IMG/VR virus record: IMGVR_UViG_3300022213_000237
Span: 96,001 to 160,000 of that record
DNA length: 64,000 nt
Source: a virus
Reading direction: 5' to 3' (one strand)
A program made the position numbers and the translations under genes. Each line of letters begins with the position of its first letter. Within the stretch, counting starts at the first letter, position 1. The notes under the pieces are model-generated. The model ran no database searches. It had not been told where the DNA came from and saw only the letters and a program-made list of their open reading frames with translations. This document shows, piece after piece, positions 1 to 10,013 of this stretch.

Positions 1-1
1 A

Positions 2-2827
2 AACCAACAAGCTTTACTTGCCTTTGACCAGTTATTCAAAACAAGCGCGAGCGGTATCTATCTCGATCGACGTGCTGCGGATGATGGATTTACGCGGCCC
101 CCAGATATTGGAATGGGCGATGATGTTTTTCGTAAGTTGGCAATAAAAACAACTGCGCACAAGCAAATCGTGCAAGTAATGCTTGAGACTCTCGAAGCCT
201 ATTACGGCAGCGACTCTACCCGCGCTCATATCACCACGACCACAGTCGAACCATGGAATATCGAAGACGGAGACACTCTTTTAGTACAGATAAATAACGA
301 TGTAGTTACCATTACTTTTAGAGACGACGATTTTTCTCTCCCCACTGGAGCTAAAGCAATTGAAGTGGCAGCGGTTATTACCAGAGAATTAGCACGCGTG
401 GGAGTATCTGGGTACGCAATACCATTTACCGACCCTACAGTAGGAGCCGCCTTCGTCAAAATCTATTCCGGAGCTTTAGGTCTCTCCGGGGCTGTGCGCA
501 TTCGTGGCGGAAAAGCTCAAAACGAGCTGTTATTCCCTACAGAAATTCATAATTCTGCCGAAGGTCCTCAGCCAACTACGGCCTTCACCATTACTGAAGG
601 CACAGACCTCAACGGGATCGAAGCAGGACGGGTACGTTTTATTTTTAATAGCGGTACAAATCCACAACTGGTACGTGTTCGAGCAGGCGATTATGTCAAC
701 ATTTACGGTCCAGTGTTTGCTGCTGGATTTCGTGGCACCTACGAGGTGACCGACGCTTCTCCAGAGTATTTTGAAATCTCTAACAGCCTGCTTACTTGGC
801 CGGCGTCGGTGACTTTAACGGATTATAACGATATACGGTTCTATCGTCCTAAACGCTATACCATCCTCTCGGAAGAGAGTTATGCTCTAGCCACTCAAGC
901 AGACCCACGAGTATTGAATGTACTCTTGCCTGCTACGACCGCTGCCGTTAATCGTGAACGCTTCACCGGAGCGTATCTACACGATGGAGAAGCTCTAGAT
1001 ATCTCGAGCGCTACGAGAGACACCACAGGTACTCTCACTATAAATACCGCATCAAACCACGGTCTTGCGGAAGGAGACTGGATATTTATTGACGGGCTAT
1101 ACCCCACTATTGGTGGTGTAGTCGGACTTGGATGGAATGATGCCGACGTCACAACAGACAGTCTGCCTCACCAAGACTCTGCGTCCATAAAGCTGGCGAG
1201 CGGCCAAGTATTACAATGTGGTGGATACACGGTCGGGCCCGTATCACAAACAGATGCACGACTTTTTGATCCAAGCATAGATACATGGACTGTGGCCGCG
1301 AGTATGAGTATTGCCCGCGCAGGCCACACTCTGACGATGTTAAATAGCGGTAAGATTTTGGTCGTTGGTGGTACCGCATCTAAAATAGCAGAACTTTACG
1401 ACGTCGAAGACGACGTCTGGACCGAGACGGGCAGCACAACCGATTCTCATTCTTACCATACAGCTACCTTATTAGCAGACGGCAAGGTGCTGATTACTGG
1501 CGGAGGAGGAAGTGCCGAGTTATATAATCCGGCAACTGGTACGTGGTCCGTGCTTATGAATCAACCAACGGGACGGACCAACCATACAGCAACTTTGCTT
1601 GGCGACAATCGGGTATTGATTACTGGCGGTGCCGGTGGTGGCGATACTGCCGAAGTCTACAATCACGTCAACGGGACTTGGATGGCGACCGGCAACATGA
1701 CGATTGAGCGCGAAAGCCATGTGGCAATTAAGATGCCTACGGGTACGTCCTCGAATGTGTTAATTGTTGGTGGCGTAGATAGCTTAGCAAATCTTCTTTC
1801 GAGCGCGGAAGTATTTAATCCCGCGACTATGAGTTTTACTGCCATCGACCCCATGGGAACCACCCGCTCTGCACCCGGTATCGCTATTCGTTCCGATAAT
1901 AAAATACTGGTGGCTGGCGGCATATACACTGGTGTATCGGTTTCAGATACAGCGGATCTATATGACCCTATTCGTAATAGATGGACGGCGGTAACTGGTA
2001 CCTTCAACACCGCGCGTTCAAATCCCAACACCATTAATTTGGACGATGGTCGTGTTTTATTGGTTGGTGGCACTGGAGCACAGGCGGTAGCACACAAATA
2101 TACCGGTGCTCCCGTAAACTCCGGTTGTCTCAATGGTTTATTCCGAGTAGATTCAATTGTCGATCCCAATACATTGACGGTACTTACGCCCGACACCGCA
2201 ATAGAAGTGACTTGCGGGGCCGTAGGCACGGTGACTCCTACAACGGCAATAACGGACACCACTCCGGGACCATTTATTTTTGATCCTTCCGGCTTGAGTC
2301 CGGCAATCACCGCTGTTTCTACGACTTTGAACCAACAGCTGGTGATTGGTAACAACTACACCTCCATAACACTGACAGACGCTTCTGAATTTCCGGATCA
2401 ATCTGGATGGTTAGTGTTTGGTCATGGAACCGAATCACAGATTGCACCCGTTAAGTATTTGGGACGTATTTCAAACACCGTTATTTTGCTTGACCCCAGC
2501 TTTGTCTTACCTGAGACATTAGATATCGGCACTGACGTAACCCTGCTCTGGGGTCGAGGCGCGTTTGAACCAGCTGAGGCTGAGTCGGTGGGCGCGTTTT
2601 ATATTACTGCCGCAGCGGCGGGCAGGATAGCGGCGGCCAAAACCATAGACAGTTTAGTCGCAGCAGGAGTACAAGTCGACAAAACCGTTATCTATCCCTC
2701 CGATGTGGGGTTGGGCAACGCCGGATATCCGATATTAGACACAGTTAAAATCTCAGACAAATTACAAATTTGGGGCGGTGACGATATCGACATTGAAGTC
2801 GAAGACGCTCGGGACGGTAAACACTAA
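2..2827 (+). CDS. Baseplate wedge-like virion protein with internal Kelch beta-propeller (5' truncated by window)
   Basis: Frame is open from nt 2 (NQQALLAFDQLF..YLDRRAADDGFTRPPDIGMGDDVFRKL, a baseplate-wedge-like LD..R..DD.FR motif). About 6 Kelch repeats (HTATLLADGKVLITGG..AELYNP..W). Lies in the tail module. Confidence 0.7.
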   Translation, partial: NQQALLAFDQLFKTSASGIYLDRRAADDGFTRPPDIGMGDDVFRKLAIKTTAHKQIVQVMLETLEAYYGSDSTRAHITTTTVEPWNIEDGDTLLVQINNDVVTITFRDDDFSLPTGAKAIEVAAVITRELARVGVSGYAIPFTDPTVGAAFVKIYSGALGLSGAVRIRGGKAQNELLFPTEIHNSAEGPQPTTAFTITEGTDLNGIEAGRVRFIFNSGTNPQLVRVRAGDYVNIYGPVFAAGFRGTYEVTDASPEYFEISNSLLTWPASVTLTDYNDIRFYRPKRYTILSEESYALATQADPRVLNVLLPATTAAVNRERFTGAYLHDGEALDISSATRDTTGTLTINTASNHGLAEGDWIFIDGLYPTIGGVVGLGWNDADVTTDSLPHQDSASIKLASGQVLQCGGYTVGPVSQTDARLFDPSIDTWTVAASMSIARAGHTLTMLNSGKILVVGGTASKIAELYDVEDDVWTETGSTTDSHSYHTATLLADGKVLITGGGGSAELYNPATGTWSVLMNQPTGRTNHTATLLGDNRVLITGGAGGGDTAEVYNHVNGTWMATGNMTIERESHVAIKMPTGTSSNVLIVGGVDSLANLLSSAEVFNPATMSFTAIDPMGTTRSAPGIAIRSDNKILVAGGIYTGVSVSDTADLYDPIRNRWTAVTGTFNTARSNPNTINLDDGRVLLVGGTGAQAVAHKYTGAPVNSGCLNGLFRVDSIVDPNTLTVLTPDTAIEVTCGAVGTVTPTTAITDTTPGPFIFDPSGLSPAITAVSTTLNQQLVIGNNYTSITLTDASEFPDQSGWLVFGHGTESQIAPVKYLGRISNTVILLDPSFVLPETLDIGTDVTLLWGRGAFEPAEAESVGAFYITAAAAGRIAAAKTIDSLVAAGVQVDKTVIYPSDVGLGNAGYPILDTVKISDKLQIWGGDDIDIEVEDARDGKH

Positions 2828-3249
2828 TGACACAACCAAAAGTATTGCGTGGTGCCGATATAAAGGTTTACATCAATGGACAACCCATTGGCGTAGCCAC
2901 TGCCGTTCGTTGGGAAGCTTCAGACGGACGTCACGCCATTTATGGCATTGATCAATATACGCCATTCGAACTCGCGCCCGGACAAACAGAGATTAAAGGC
3001 ACTGTTGAATTGGTACGACTACGTATCGACGGAGGACTTGAGGGTCGAGGTATTCACGCCCCAGAGAGCAAGATCATGCTTGAAAAGTATTTTGCCCTAG
3101 CTTTAGTTGACCGCTCTACCGATACGGCCATACTAGTAGTCGATAATGCTGCTGTAAATCAGCAGAGTTGGCAAGTTATGGCCAAGGGCGAAGTCACCGG
3201 ATCTTTTACCTTCGAAGGAATCGGGTGGACGAACGAAACCGGTCTTTAA
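2827..3249 (+). CDS. Tail tube-like protein
   Basis: 140 aa, beta-rich; KVYINGQPIG..AIYGIDQYTPFELAPG pattern of contractile-tail tube/hub proteins; coupled to the upstream gene. Confidence 0.6.
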   Translation: MTQPKVLRGADIKVYINGQPIGVATAVRWEASDGRHAIYGIDQYTPFELAPGQTEIKGTVELVRLRIDGGLEGRGIHAPESKIMLEKYFALALVDRSTDTAILVVDNAAVNQQSWQVMAKGEVTGSFTFEGIGWTNETGL

Positions 3250-3314
3250 ATCATAATCTTACATTCGGAAGGTGGAGCTAAGCGCCCGATTCCACACCAC
3301 TAGGAAATACTAAA

Positions 3315-6149
3315 ATGGCAATTAAGCGACAACAACTGTTTTTGGGTCAGGAGCGTGTTGACGTCTCCGACTTACGCTCAATCGAATCAGCTATCTCCAA
3401 CGATTTCGATGTTCTCGGCGGTAAGATGCTGTCGGGCCGGGCACCTCTTGTCCTACGTGGATTCACCATTTCCACCACCAATACAGTCGGTACTCCCGCC
3501 GACAGTCTCTCGCTCTCAGTAGCTGGTGGCGTGCTCATGCACTATGGTGCGGCAGAAAGTGGTACTCTGTTCGCTGTAGACGACAACGTTACAGCCGAAG
3601 TGCTTGCGGCCACTAACACGAACGTTGAGGGGGCCTTCACAGCCAGCTCTATCAATTATATCGGACTAGACCTTCGCCGTTCGATTGACGCCACCACGAC
3701 TTCACTCAAGCAGTTCCTGGACGCAAATACGAATTTAGAAATACCTAGAAGCGTGCCCGTGGCCCGCACCCTAAATTATGTAATTATTGTTTCCTCACAG
3801 CCATTCAGCGTATCGACCAATATATTGCCAATCGCTGAAGTAGAGACAGATAGCTCTAACTCTGTAGTCACTATCACTGATTGTCGACCGCTAATGTTTC
3901 GTCTTGGGACAGGAAGCGATAATCCTAATCCTGTGGCAGCGTTTTCTTGGCGTGACACCACTCGCAAAGAGAATCATTCACCATACGACCCCGCAAACGC
4001 CTATACTGATGATCCTTTTGCTGGTGGCGACAAAGAAATTAGATCCCTTAAAGAATGGATGGACGCTATTATGTCCGTGCTCTGGGAATCTAAGAGCGGA
4101 GAATATTGGTACAGTCCGACCACCCGCGACGACGTGAAGATGGTTTTTGGTCCCAACGTGTTTATTGCCACTGGAGACAACTTCATCTGGAATTCGACGC
4201 CCGACACTCTCGAGTGGCAGGGGCTGTTTATCGCCTTCGGCAATTCCACTGGTTACTATAACATCATTGACGACGGTACGGCGCTGCTTGATACCGACGG
4301 CCAGTGTCTGTATGTGGACATTCAGCGCGATACGAACGGTGCCACCATCGTTCCTGCCGTAGGCACTTTAACTTCTCTTGGTACGCCTGAATTACCGGGA
4401 TCGCGTTTCATCATTGCGTGGCGTATTGACGGTGAAATGCAGATTCGCGATAAAGCTTACGAAGTGGGCCGTACTTTCCCGATAGCGACAACCACGACCA
4501 CAGGCGATGTGCGGCTAAATGAAGCTGCTGCTACTCCATCGACACCTACGGTAATCACCGTTGGTGTAAATAATCAAGTTCATATCGGTCAAGGCGCTTA
4601 TGCCGCCACTGGCAACAACGACGCGCTGATCGTTGAAGGTAGCGGTACCGGTCGAGCCATACGTGCTGTAGGTGATACTGGGACAGCAATTAGTGCTGTA
4701 GGTGGTGGTTCTGCGGGTGTAGGTGGTGTTGGTGTCGCGGCTGAAGGCGGCGCTTCCACTGGCGCTGCTGGTGGTATTGGCGGCGACTTTTTGGGCGGCG
4801 GCACCTCAGCTGCTAGTGCTGGCGGTGATGGCGTCCACGCTACTGGCGCTGACCATGCTGGTGCAGGTAATGGCGGCAAAGGTATAGTCGCGTTAGGTGG
4901 TACTTCCGACAACGCTGACGGAGGTATTGGTGGAGATTTCACAGGCGGCTTAGCGGGTCCAGGTGCTGGTACGGGCGGAGCCGGTATCGTCACAGTAGGT
5001 GGCGAAGCCGATGTAGGTGCTGGCAACGGTGGCAACGGAATCACCGCCACTGGTGGTGTCTCTGCCAGCGGCATAGGTGGTAACGGTGTTTACGCTACTG
5101 GTAGTACCGGCGGACACGGTGTTGTTGGTACTGGTAGTACCGGCGGACACGGTGTTGTGGGCATCGCCGTCGACGCTACAGGATACGGATTACAGGGCGT
5201 TGGATTCGACAATAACGCCGGTAATGGTTCTGACGGTGCGTCCATCAGCGCAGGCGACGCCACAGGAGCCAACGGCAATGGCGGTGTCGGTATTACTGTA
5301 GTCGGAGGTGATGGTGCCGGAGGCGTAGCCGATGTTGGTGGCAAGGCCGGGGTATTTACCGGTGGTGCAGGTACGACACAAGGCGGTCATGGTATAGAAG
5401 CTACAGGTGGTGCTGCTTCTGGTGGTACCGACGGTGTTGGTGTCGCGGGTACTGGTGGTGGCACAGACGGTATTGGCGTAACCGGAAACGGAGTAGGCAC
5501 GGGCGCTGGTGTAAGTGGAACCGGTGGAGCTAGTATTGGCACTGGTGTTCGTGGGCAAGGCGGTGCTGGTGGAGGAAAGGGCGTAGAAGGTACTGGTGGG
5601 AACGCTGGTGGGCCTGGAGTTTCAGGAATTGGCGGTGCTGGCAACGGTACTGGAGTCGCAGGAGAAGGCAACGGTACTGGGATGGGCGGTGCATTCTATA
5701 ACGGTACTAACGCGACAGGAGCTACTCCACAAGTAGCGTTAGAAGCAGTTAATGGTAATTTTAAAATGTCCGGGACTACGCCTAATAGCGACGTAGCTCC
5801 AGGGGCAAACACTTTGACTCCAGGACTGATACCCAAAGCTTGGGTGGTAATTAATCATAATACGCTTACTGGTGCCAATACTGTAATTGCTGGGCAAAAT
5901 ATACATAGCACCATAGGTGCCAGCGGCAATAACATTACAGTAACACTCCAACAAGCTGTTACTTCCAACAACGTATGTACGGTCGTTACAGGATCATCTC
6001 CTGGTGGGACGAAAGCTTTTTTCTGGACTGCTAGTTCCGGCGCTAATCCAATTACTATTGGAGCTTGGACTGCTACAGGTACTCCTTACAACTTAAATGG
6101 TACAGGCGATGCCTTTACCATTCATGTGGTTGTGTTTGGTCTACAGTAA
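3315..6149 (+). CDS. Tail fibre-like protein with long Gly-rich region
   Basis: 944 aa; N-terminal baseplate-attachment-like region, about 400 aa of GxGxxGxGG repeats, C-terminal KAWV-type domain. Confidence 0.7.
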   Translation: MAIKRQQLFLGQERVDVSDLRSIESAISNDFDVLGGKMLSGRAPLVLRGFTISTTNTVGTPADSLSLSVAGGVLMHYGAAESGTLFAVDDNVTAEVLAATNTNVEGAFTASSINYIGLDLRRSIDATTTSLKQFLDANTNLEIPRSVPVARTLNYVIIVSSQPFSVSTNILPIAEVETDSSNSVVTITDCRPLMFRLGTGSDNPNPVAAFSWRDTTRKENHSPYDPANAYTDDPFAGGDKEIRSLKEWMDAIMSVLWESKSGEYWYSPTTRDDVKMVFGPNVFIATGDNFIWNSTPDTLEWQGLFIAFGNSTGYYNIIDDGTALLDTDGQCLYVDIQRDTNGATIVPAVGTLTSLGTPELPGSRFIIAWRIDGEMQIRDKAYEVGRTFPIATTTTTGDVRLNEAAATPSTPTVITVGVNNQVHIGQGAYAATGNNDALIVEGSGTGRAIRAVGDTGTAISAVGGGSAGVGGVGVAAEGGASTGAAGGIGGDFLGGGTSAASAGGDGVHATGADHAGAGNGGKGIVALGGTSDNADGGIGGDFTGGLAGPGAGTGGAGIVTVGGEADVGAGNGGNGITATGGVSASGIGGNGVYATGSTGGHGVVGTGSTGGHGVVGIAVDATGYGLQGVGFDNNAGNGSDGASISAGDATGANGNGGVGITVVGGDGAGGVADVGGKAGVFTGGAGTTQGGHGIEATGGAASGGTDGVGVAGTGGGTDGIGVTGNGVGTGAGVSGTGGASIGTGVRGQGGAGGGKGVEGTGGNAGGPGVSGIGGAGNGTGVAGEGNGTGMGGAFYNGTNATGATPQVALEAVNGNFKMSGTTPNSDVAPGANTLTPGLIPKAWVVINHNTLTGANTVIAGQNIHSTIGASGNNITVTLQQAVTSNNVCTVVTGSSPGGTKAFFWTASSGANPITIGAWTATGTPYNLNGTGDAFTIHVVVFGLQ
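5096..5161 (+). repeat. 33-bp in-frame tandem duplication (TGSTGGHGVVG x2)
   Basis: tactggtagtaccggcggacacggtgttgt(t/g)gg occurs twice in tandem. Confidence 0.9.
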
Positions 6150-6157
6150 GGAAATAT

Positions 6158-6217
6158 ATGTCGACTTTTGAAGAAGCGGTTTCTATAAAGGTACGAGGAA
6201 GACGGACTCGTTTTTGA
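6158..6217 (+). pseudogene. 19-aa ORF resembling an endolysin N-terminus (possible remnant)
   Basis: AAGGA RBS then MSTFEEAVSIKVRGRRTRF; compare the downstream endolysin start MSSNFDEAIKVV. Confidence 0.35.
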
Positions 6218-6235
6218 GTAATTTGGGAGAATCCA

Positions 6236-6781
6236 ATGTCATCTAATTTTGATGAGGCAATAAAAGTAGTATTAAGCCATGAAGGCGGTTGGTGCGATAC
6301 GGAAGGTGATTTAGGTGGAGAAACAAACTGGGGTATCAGTACCTTGATAATTAAACGCGCCAATATTACAGCCGAAGAGTTAGGGATTGAACCTAGCACT
6401 ATGTTTCAAAAAGGCTATCTTAAACCAATGAAAGTAGAAGCAGCCAAGGCCGTCTATAAACGGCTTTTTTGGGACCCAGGCCAGTACGCCATGATTGACG
6501 ACCAGACCTGCGCCACCAAAGTTTTTGACTTCGCCATCAATGCCGGCCCAGGCAACTCCGCCAAAGTCGCACAGCGTGCGGCCAACGACTGCGGTCATCA
6601 GCTAGTTGTGGATGGAGACCTAGGACCAAAGTCTTTTGCGGCCATAAATGCTTGTGGTCCGGCATTCGTAGGTACCATGGCCTACGAAATGGGAAAATAT
6701 TACCGTGCGGTTGTTGCCAACAGGCCCGCGAGCGCCAAATTCTTAAAGAATTGGCTCAAGCGTGCGGCCTGGGGTATTTAA
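6236..6781 (+). CDS. Endolysin, glycoside hydrolase family 108 with peptidoglycan-binding domain
   Basis: HEGGW..D.GGETNWGI catalytic motif, FDFAINAG, VDGDLGPKS, C-terminal FLKNWLKR. Confidence 0.9.
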   Translation: MSSNFDEAIKVVLSHEGGWCDTEGDLGGETNWGISTLIIKRANITAEELGIEPSTMFQKGYLKPMKVEAAKAVYKRLFWDPGQYAMIDDQTCATKVFDFAINAGPGNSAKVAQRAANDCGHQLVVDGDLGPKSFAAINACGPAFVGTMAYEMGKYYRAVVANRPASAKFLKNWLKRAAWGI

Positions 6782-6784
6782 ATC

Positions 6785-7003
6785 ATGCAATGCTATAGAT
6801 GCAAATCATTAAACACCGGCTCCAGTCCGACTGGATGGTGGTGTAATGAATGCGGTGTGTCCGATCCATGTCCATGTTGGCAAATGAAATATTGTGCCGG
6901 ACACAATCCAGACCACATACACGTTTGGAGTATTTTTGGTGAATGTGAGGCCGTAGGTCTTGGTTGTGCAGCCAAAAAGAATTCTACTTCGACAGAGACT
7001 TAA
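6785..7003 (+). CDS. Small Cys/His-rich protein
   Basis: 72 aa with CxxC..CxxC plus further Cys/His; directly follows the endolysin. Confidence 0.5.
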   Translation: MQCYRCKSLNTGSSPTGWWCNECGVSDPCPCWQMKYCAGHNPDHIHVWSIFGECEAVGLGCAAKKNSTSTET

Positions 7004-7565
7004 CCATTTGGTTAAATTTTCTCTTCGCGAGCTTGTGCTTCTGGAGAGCGCGCTGACGTTCTGCGCTCGATAATCTGTCGAGATAGGTCTTGCCATCGAG
7101 GTGGTCGATCTCGTGGTAGATGGCGCGAGCCAATTGGTCATCAGCCTTCAAGCTCACAACGTCCCCGTTCTCGTCAAAATAACTAATCTCTACACGCCTA
7201 GGTCTTTTGATGTCCAGGAACAGGCCTGGAAACGAAAGGCATCCTTCTTCTTTCCGCTCAATCTCTTTAGAGACGGAAACAACGGTGGGGTTAATTACCT
7301 TCCGGGGTTCGCCCGTAGAGGGGTCGAGTACTATCATTACTCGCAAGGCAACACCCACCTGGATACCCGCTAAACCAAGGCCTTTCATTTGTTCCATGGT
7401 CATAACCATGTCGTCAAGAAGATTCTGAAGACGAGCATCGCTCTTGATATCTCCTATGACCGGCATAGATACTTGTGTAAGTACTGGGTCAGGGAAACGA
7501 AGAACGCTCAATGTCTTTGGTTGGCGCTGCGGCAGTTGGGACGTAATATTGTCGGTAAAGAGCAT
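6984..7565 (-). CDS. def: Peptide deformylase
   Basis: All three motifs present: GLGLAGIQVG, EGCLS, HEIDHLDG. Confidence 0.95.
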   Translation of the reverse strand: MLFTDNITSQLPQRQPKTLSVLRFPDPVLTQVSMPVIGDIKSDARLQNLLDDMVMTMEQMKGLGLAGIQVGVALRVMIVLDPSTGEPRKVINPTVVSVSKEIERKEEGCLSFPGLFLDIKRPRRVEISYFDENGDVVSLKADDQLARAIYHEIDHLDGKTYLDRLSSAERQRALQKHKLAKRKFNQMVKSLSK

Positions 7566-7574
7566 GTACACCTT

Positions 7575-7907
7575 TTAGCCGGGGATCTCTTCGGTTTGCC
7601 GCCAATGACATTTTTGGCAAACTTTAAGGCGTTTACTTCCGAGATTGACCATTTTCAACGTACCTTCGCAGCCATTTGGGCAAGCGAATACGGGCTTAGT
7701 GGGTTCTATCTCTGCTAATACAGGTGCTTCAATGGGGTCGGTTACGCCCTCACGGTCGTATAGTTCTTGAGTCTTGCGTCGTAGCCGCGCGTTCTCGCGC
7801 CGAAGCTTTTGATTCTGAGCCCGTAGCTCCTGGATTTCGTTCTTAAGCTCGGTGGCTTTAGATTCGGTACGGATACGATGCTGAACCTTGTGGTTCTGTC
7901 GTGTCAT
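7575..7907 (-). CDS. Coiled-coil protein with C-terminal Zn ribbon
   Basis: Heptad-rich ELKNEIQELRAQNQKLRRENARL and CPNGC..CQKC; start placed at MTRQ. Confidence 0.6.
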   Translation of the reverse strand: MTRQNHKVQHRIRTESKATELKNEIQELRAQNQKLRRENARLRRKTQELYDREGVTDPIEAPVLAEIEPTKPVFACPNGCEGTLKMVNLGSKRLKVCQKCHWRQTEEIPG

Positions 7908-7914
7908 GGTGCCT

Positions 7915-8160
7915 TTATGACTTAGGAACAACGCCTTCGAATTCGGCGACCCATTTCTGACCATCGTGCCAGATTCGGGCTTTTTCAAAATCTAGGCCTC
8001 CGCATTGGGAGAAAAAGGGGTCGTCAGCTACGTAACGTAACAGTTCTTGTCGCACCATTCTGGATTGGATTGTGCCTTTAATACACTCGTCAGTCTCAAC
8101 CACGGTTCGGTGGCGGACCAACATCTCTCCCACTGGGGTCTTGAAGCGTTGGACGTTCAT
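7915..8160 (-). CDS. Hypothetical protein
   Basis: 81-aa ORF packed in the operon. Confidence 0.5.
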   Translation of the reverse strand: MNVQRFKTPVGEMLVRHRTVVETDECIKGTIQSRMVRQELLRYVADDPFFSQCGGLDFEKARIWHDGQKWVAEFEGVVPKS

Positions 8161-8731
8161 AGTCGAGTTTTTCCCATTCTTCTAGGCCGATTGTATCGGT
8201 TATAGCCTTTAAGATTGTGGCCTTAACTTCATCTACCTGGGAGATCTCCATATTCGGTAGCTCGTCCAAGGCTATATGCATTCCACATAATTCGCTTGTA
8301 GAACGCCGCTTAATAGCGCGTAAAAACTGGGGATCTGGCTCCTGAACATGCAGTCTCTTTGCGGCCTTCAGAATTCTTGTCCTGTATCCATGTCGTCGCG
8401 ACGGAAAACCGTAGGTCAGTACCCCCGCTTTAGGAAATTTCTCTCGCAAAACCTCTACGGTTTCTGGCCCTAGTTCTGGCGGAACCATAAAATAGAAGTA
8501 ATTTGGAGCCCAGACCGTGTAGTGCTTATAATATTCGTGCTTGGTCTGCTTGTTACGAAACTCAGCAAGCAGATCCGCTTTAGAAACCTTGACTTCGACT
8601 TCGACGATGCTGTTATCGTTGGCGCCTAGAACGTCAGCACTCCATCGCCCACCTTCGGTGCAAACCCAATCAAGCTGTTTCGCGTACCGTAAGAAGCAAA
8701 GTGCCTCGGTTTTAAGCGTACCCGATTTCAC
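8096..8731 (-). CDS. PD-(D/E)XK nuclease, MmcB-like
   Basis: ADVLG..VEVEVKVSKADL..E..K, PNYFYFMVP motif set. Confidence 0.7.
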   Translation of the reverse strand: MKSGTLKTEALCFLRYAKQLDWVCTEGGRWSADVLGANDNSIVEVEVKVSKADLLAEFRNKQTKHEYYKHYTVWAPNYFYFMVPPELGPETVEVLREKFPKAGVLTYGFPSRRHGYRTRILKAAKRLHVQEPDPQFLRAIKRRSTSELCGMHIALDELPNMEISQVDEVKATILKAITDTIGLEEWEKLDYERPTLQDPSGRDVGPPPNRG

Positions 8732-8887
8732 TTAGTCCTCGTCGGATTCGAATTCAAAAGCACCTTCTTCTTCCATGCGGTCGATTAAGGCGTCAGTAAT
8801 CTCTTCGATTTCGGAAACATCATAATCGTCAATCATATCTATCAAGTTAGTCTCAAGGAAGGACCGCATCTGGCTTTTGGACATCAT
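8732..8887 (-). CDS. Small very acidic protein (51 aa, not in ORF track)
   Basis: AGGAG RBS; MMSKSQMRSFLETNLIDMIDDYDVSEIEEITDALIDRMEEEGAFEFESDED; fills the gap exactly. Confidence 0.7.
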   Translation of the reverse strand: MMSKSQMRSFLETNLIDMIDDYDVSEIEEITDALIDRMEEEGAFEFESDED

Positions 8888-8910
8888 TATATATCTCCTA
8901 GGTTAGGATC

Positions 8911-9999
8911 TTAAGAATTATACCCTATCGATCTTAGGGATGCTGCCAGAGCTTCACAGGCATCGCGTGTGTATTTGTTATTGTTCCCCATCGACATCCG
9001 ATACCACGCCATGCCGTTGGCTCCAATTTCATATGGCCACAAAGCCCCGCAAGCGTTTCCGGGAATAACTTTCACTTTTGAATCAGAGAGCGCTCTGTCC
9101 ATGGTCGCGGCGTCGGATTTAAACCAAGAAAACATTCCGCGCCCATCGGTGGGTACGCCCCGAATTTCGGAGCAAAACGAAGAGAGGGTTTCGCCGAAGA
9201 TTTTGCCATTATCCAACAAAACATTTCTGGCTTTAGCGTAATCCTCTGCGACTCTATCTGGTGAAGTCGCCATAGCGTCCAGGACATCGGCGAGACGCTT
9301 TTGGCTGTCGTTGGGTACACCGCTAGTGGTTTTCTCTACGTATTCGCGTGCGTACTGTGCGATGTCGTCGTCGTCGGTAGTTAGGAAACCAACCCGGATA
9401 CCACTCAGACCTAAAAGCTTTGCCGCACTCCAAATACTGACGGTATGTTGGGGCACGACTTTGGCGCCATAGAGCCAGTGATAATAAGCGGCATCCCAGA
9501 CGTCGCAGTTCTCCATTGATTCCGACCCATCGGGGTTGTTGGGTGAGGTAATGACACGCATGTACTTTGAGTACCCATATTCTTTGGTGTGATTTCGTTC
9601 TTGAGGGGTACGTTCGATAAAGGAGCTGGCAATCGACATCGTCGTTGAACGCATTCCGCTTAATCGAGCCAGTGTTGGGTAACTGGGCCAATATGTGTTG
9701 TCGAGTACGATGTCGCTTTTAGGCTGGAAACCGCGTTCTTTATAGCCGTGAAAGGCGGCGAGGAGAGCTTGTTTGGCTCCCATGGTAACGACGACATGTT
9801 TTTTAGCTTGCTTGATGTGATGTCGAATTAAGTCGATGAGACGTGGATCTCCACCGAAGGGTGGATAGCGAGGCTCCGCCGTCATCACCGATTTAGGAGC
9901 ACACCAGAACGCGGTTTCCTGTAAGAATACGGGTTCCCCGACGGCGAGGTTATAGTAACCAGAAGTTTCTCCACGAAGCATCAATAAGTCATTGGACAT
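8911..9999 (-). CDS. PLP-dependent aminotransferase class I/II
   Basis: GAKQAL, PNNPDG, DAAY, SAAK..GLSGIRVG (PLP lysine), C-terminal RMS. Confidence 0.9.
   Translation of the reverse strand: MSNDLLMLRGETSGYYNLAVGEPVFLQETAFWCAPKSVMTAEPRYPPFGGDPRLIDLIRHHIKQAKKHVVVTMGAKQALLAAFHGYKERGFQPKSDIVLDNTYWPSYPTLARLSGMRSTTMSIASSFIERTPQERNHTKEYGYSKYMRVITSPNNPDGSESMENCDVWDAAYYHWLYGAKVVPQHTVSIWSAAKLLGLSGIRVGFLTTDDDDIAQYAREYVEKTTSGVPNDSQKRLADVLDAMATSPDRVAEDYAKARNVLLDNGKIFGETLSSFCSEIRGVPTDGRGMFSWFKSDAATMDRALSDSKVKVIPGNACGALWPYEIGANGMAWYRMSMGNNNKYTRDACEALAASLRSIGYNS
8917..8935 (-). promoter_or_regulatory. AGATC-N7-TATAAT phage promoter motif
   Basis: AAGATC GATAGGG TATAAT; one of about 13 copies upstream of genes. 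Confidence 0.6.
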
Positions 10000-10013
10000 G
10001 TACAATTCGTAGC

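Noticed and set aside
4598-5671. Pro-rich minus-strand ORFs
   Set aside because: Antisense shadows of the Gly-codon-rich fibre gene.
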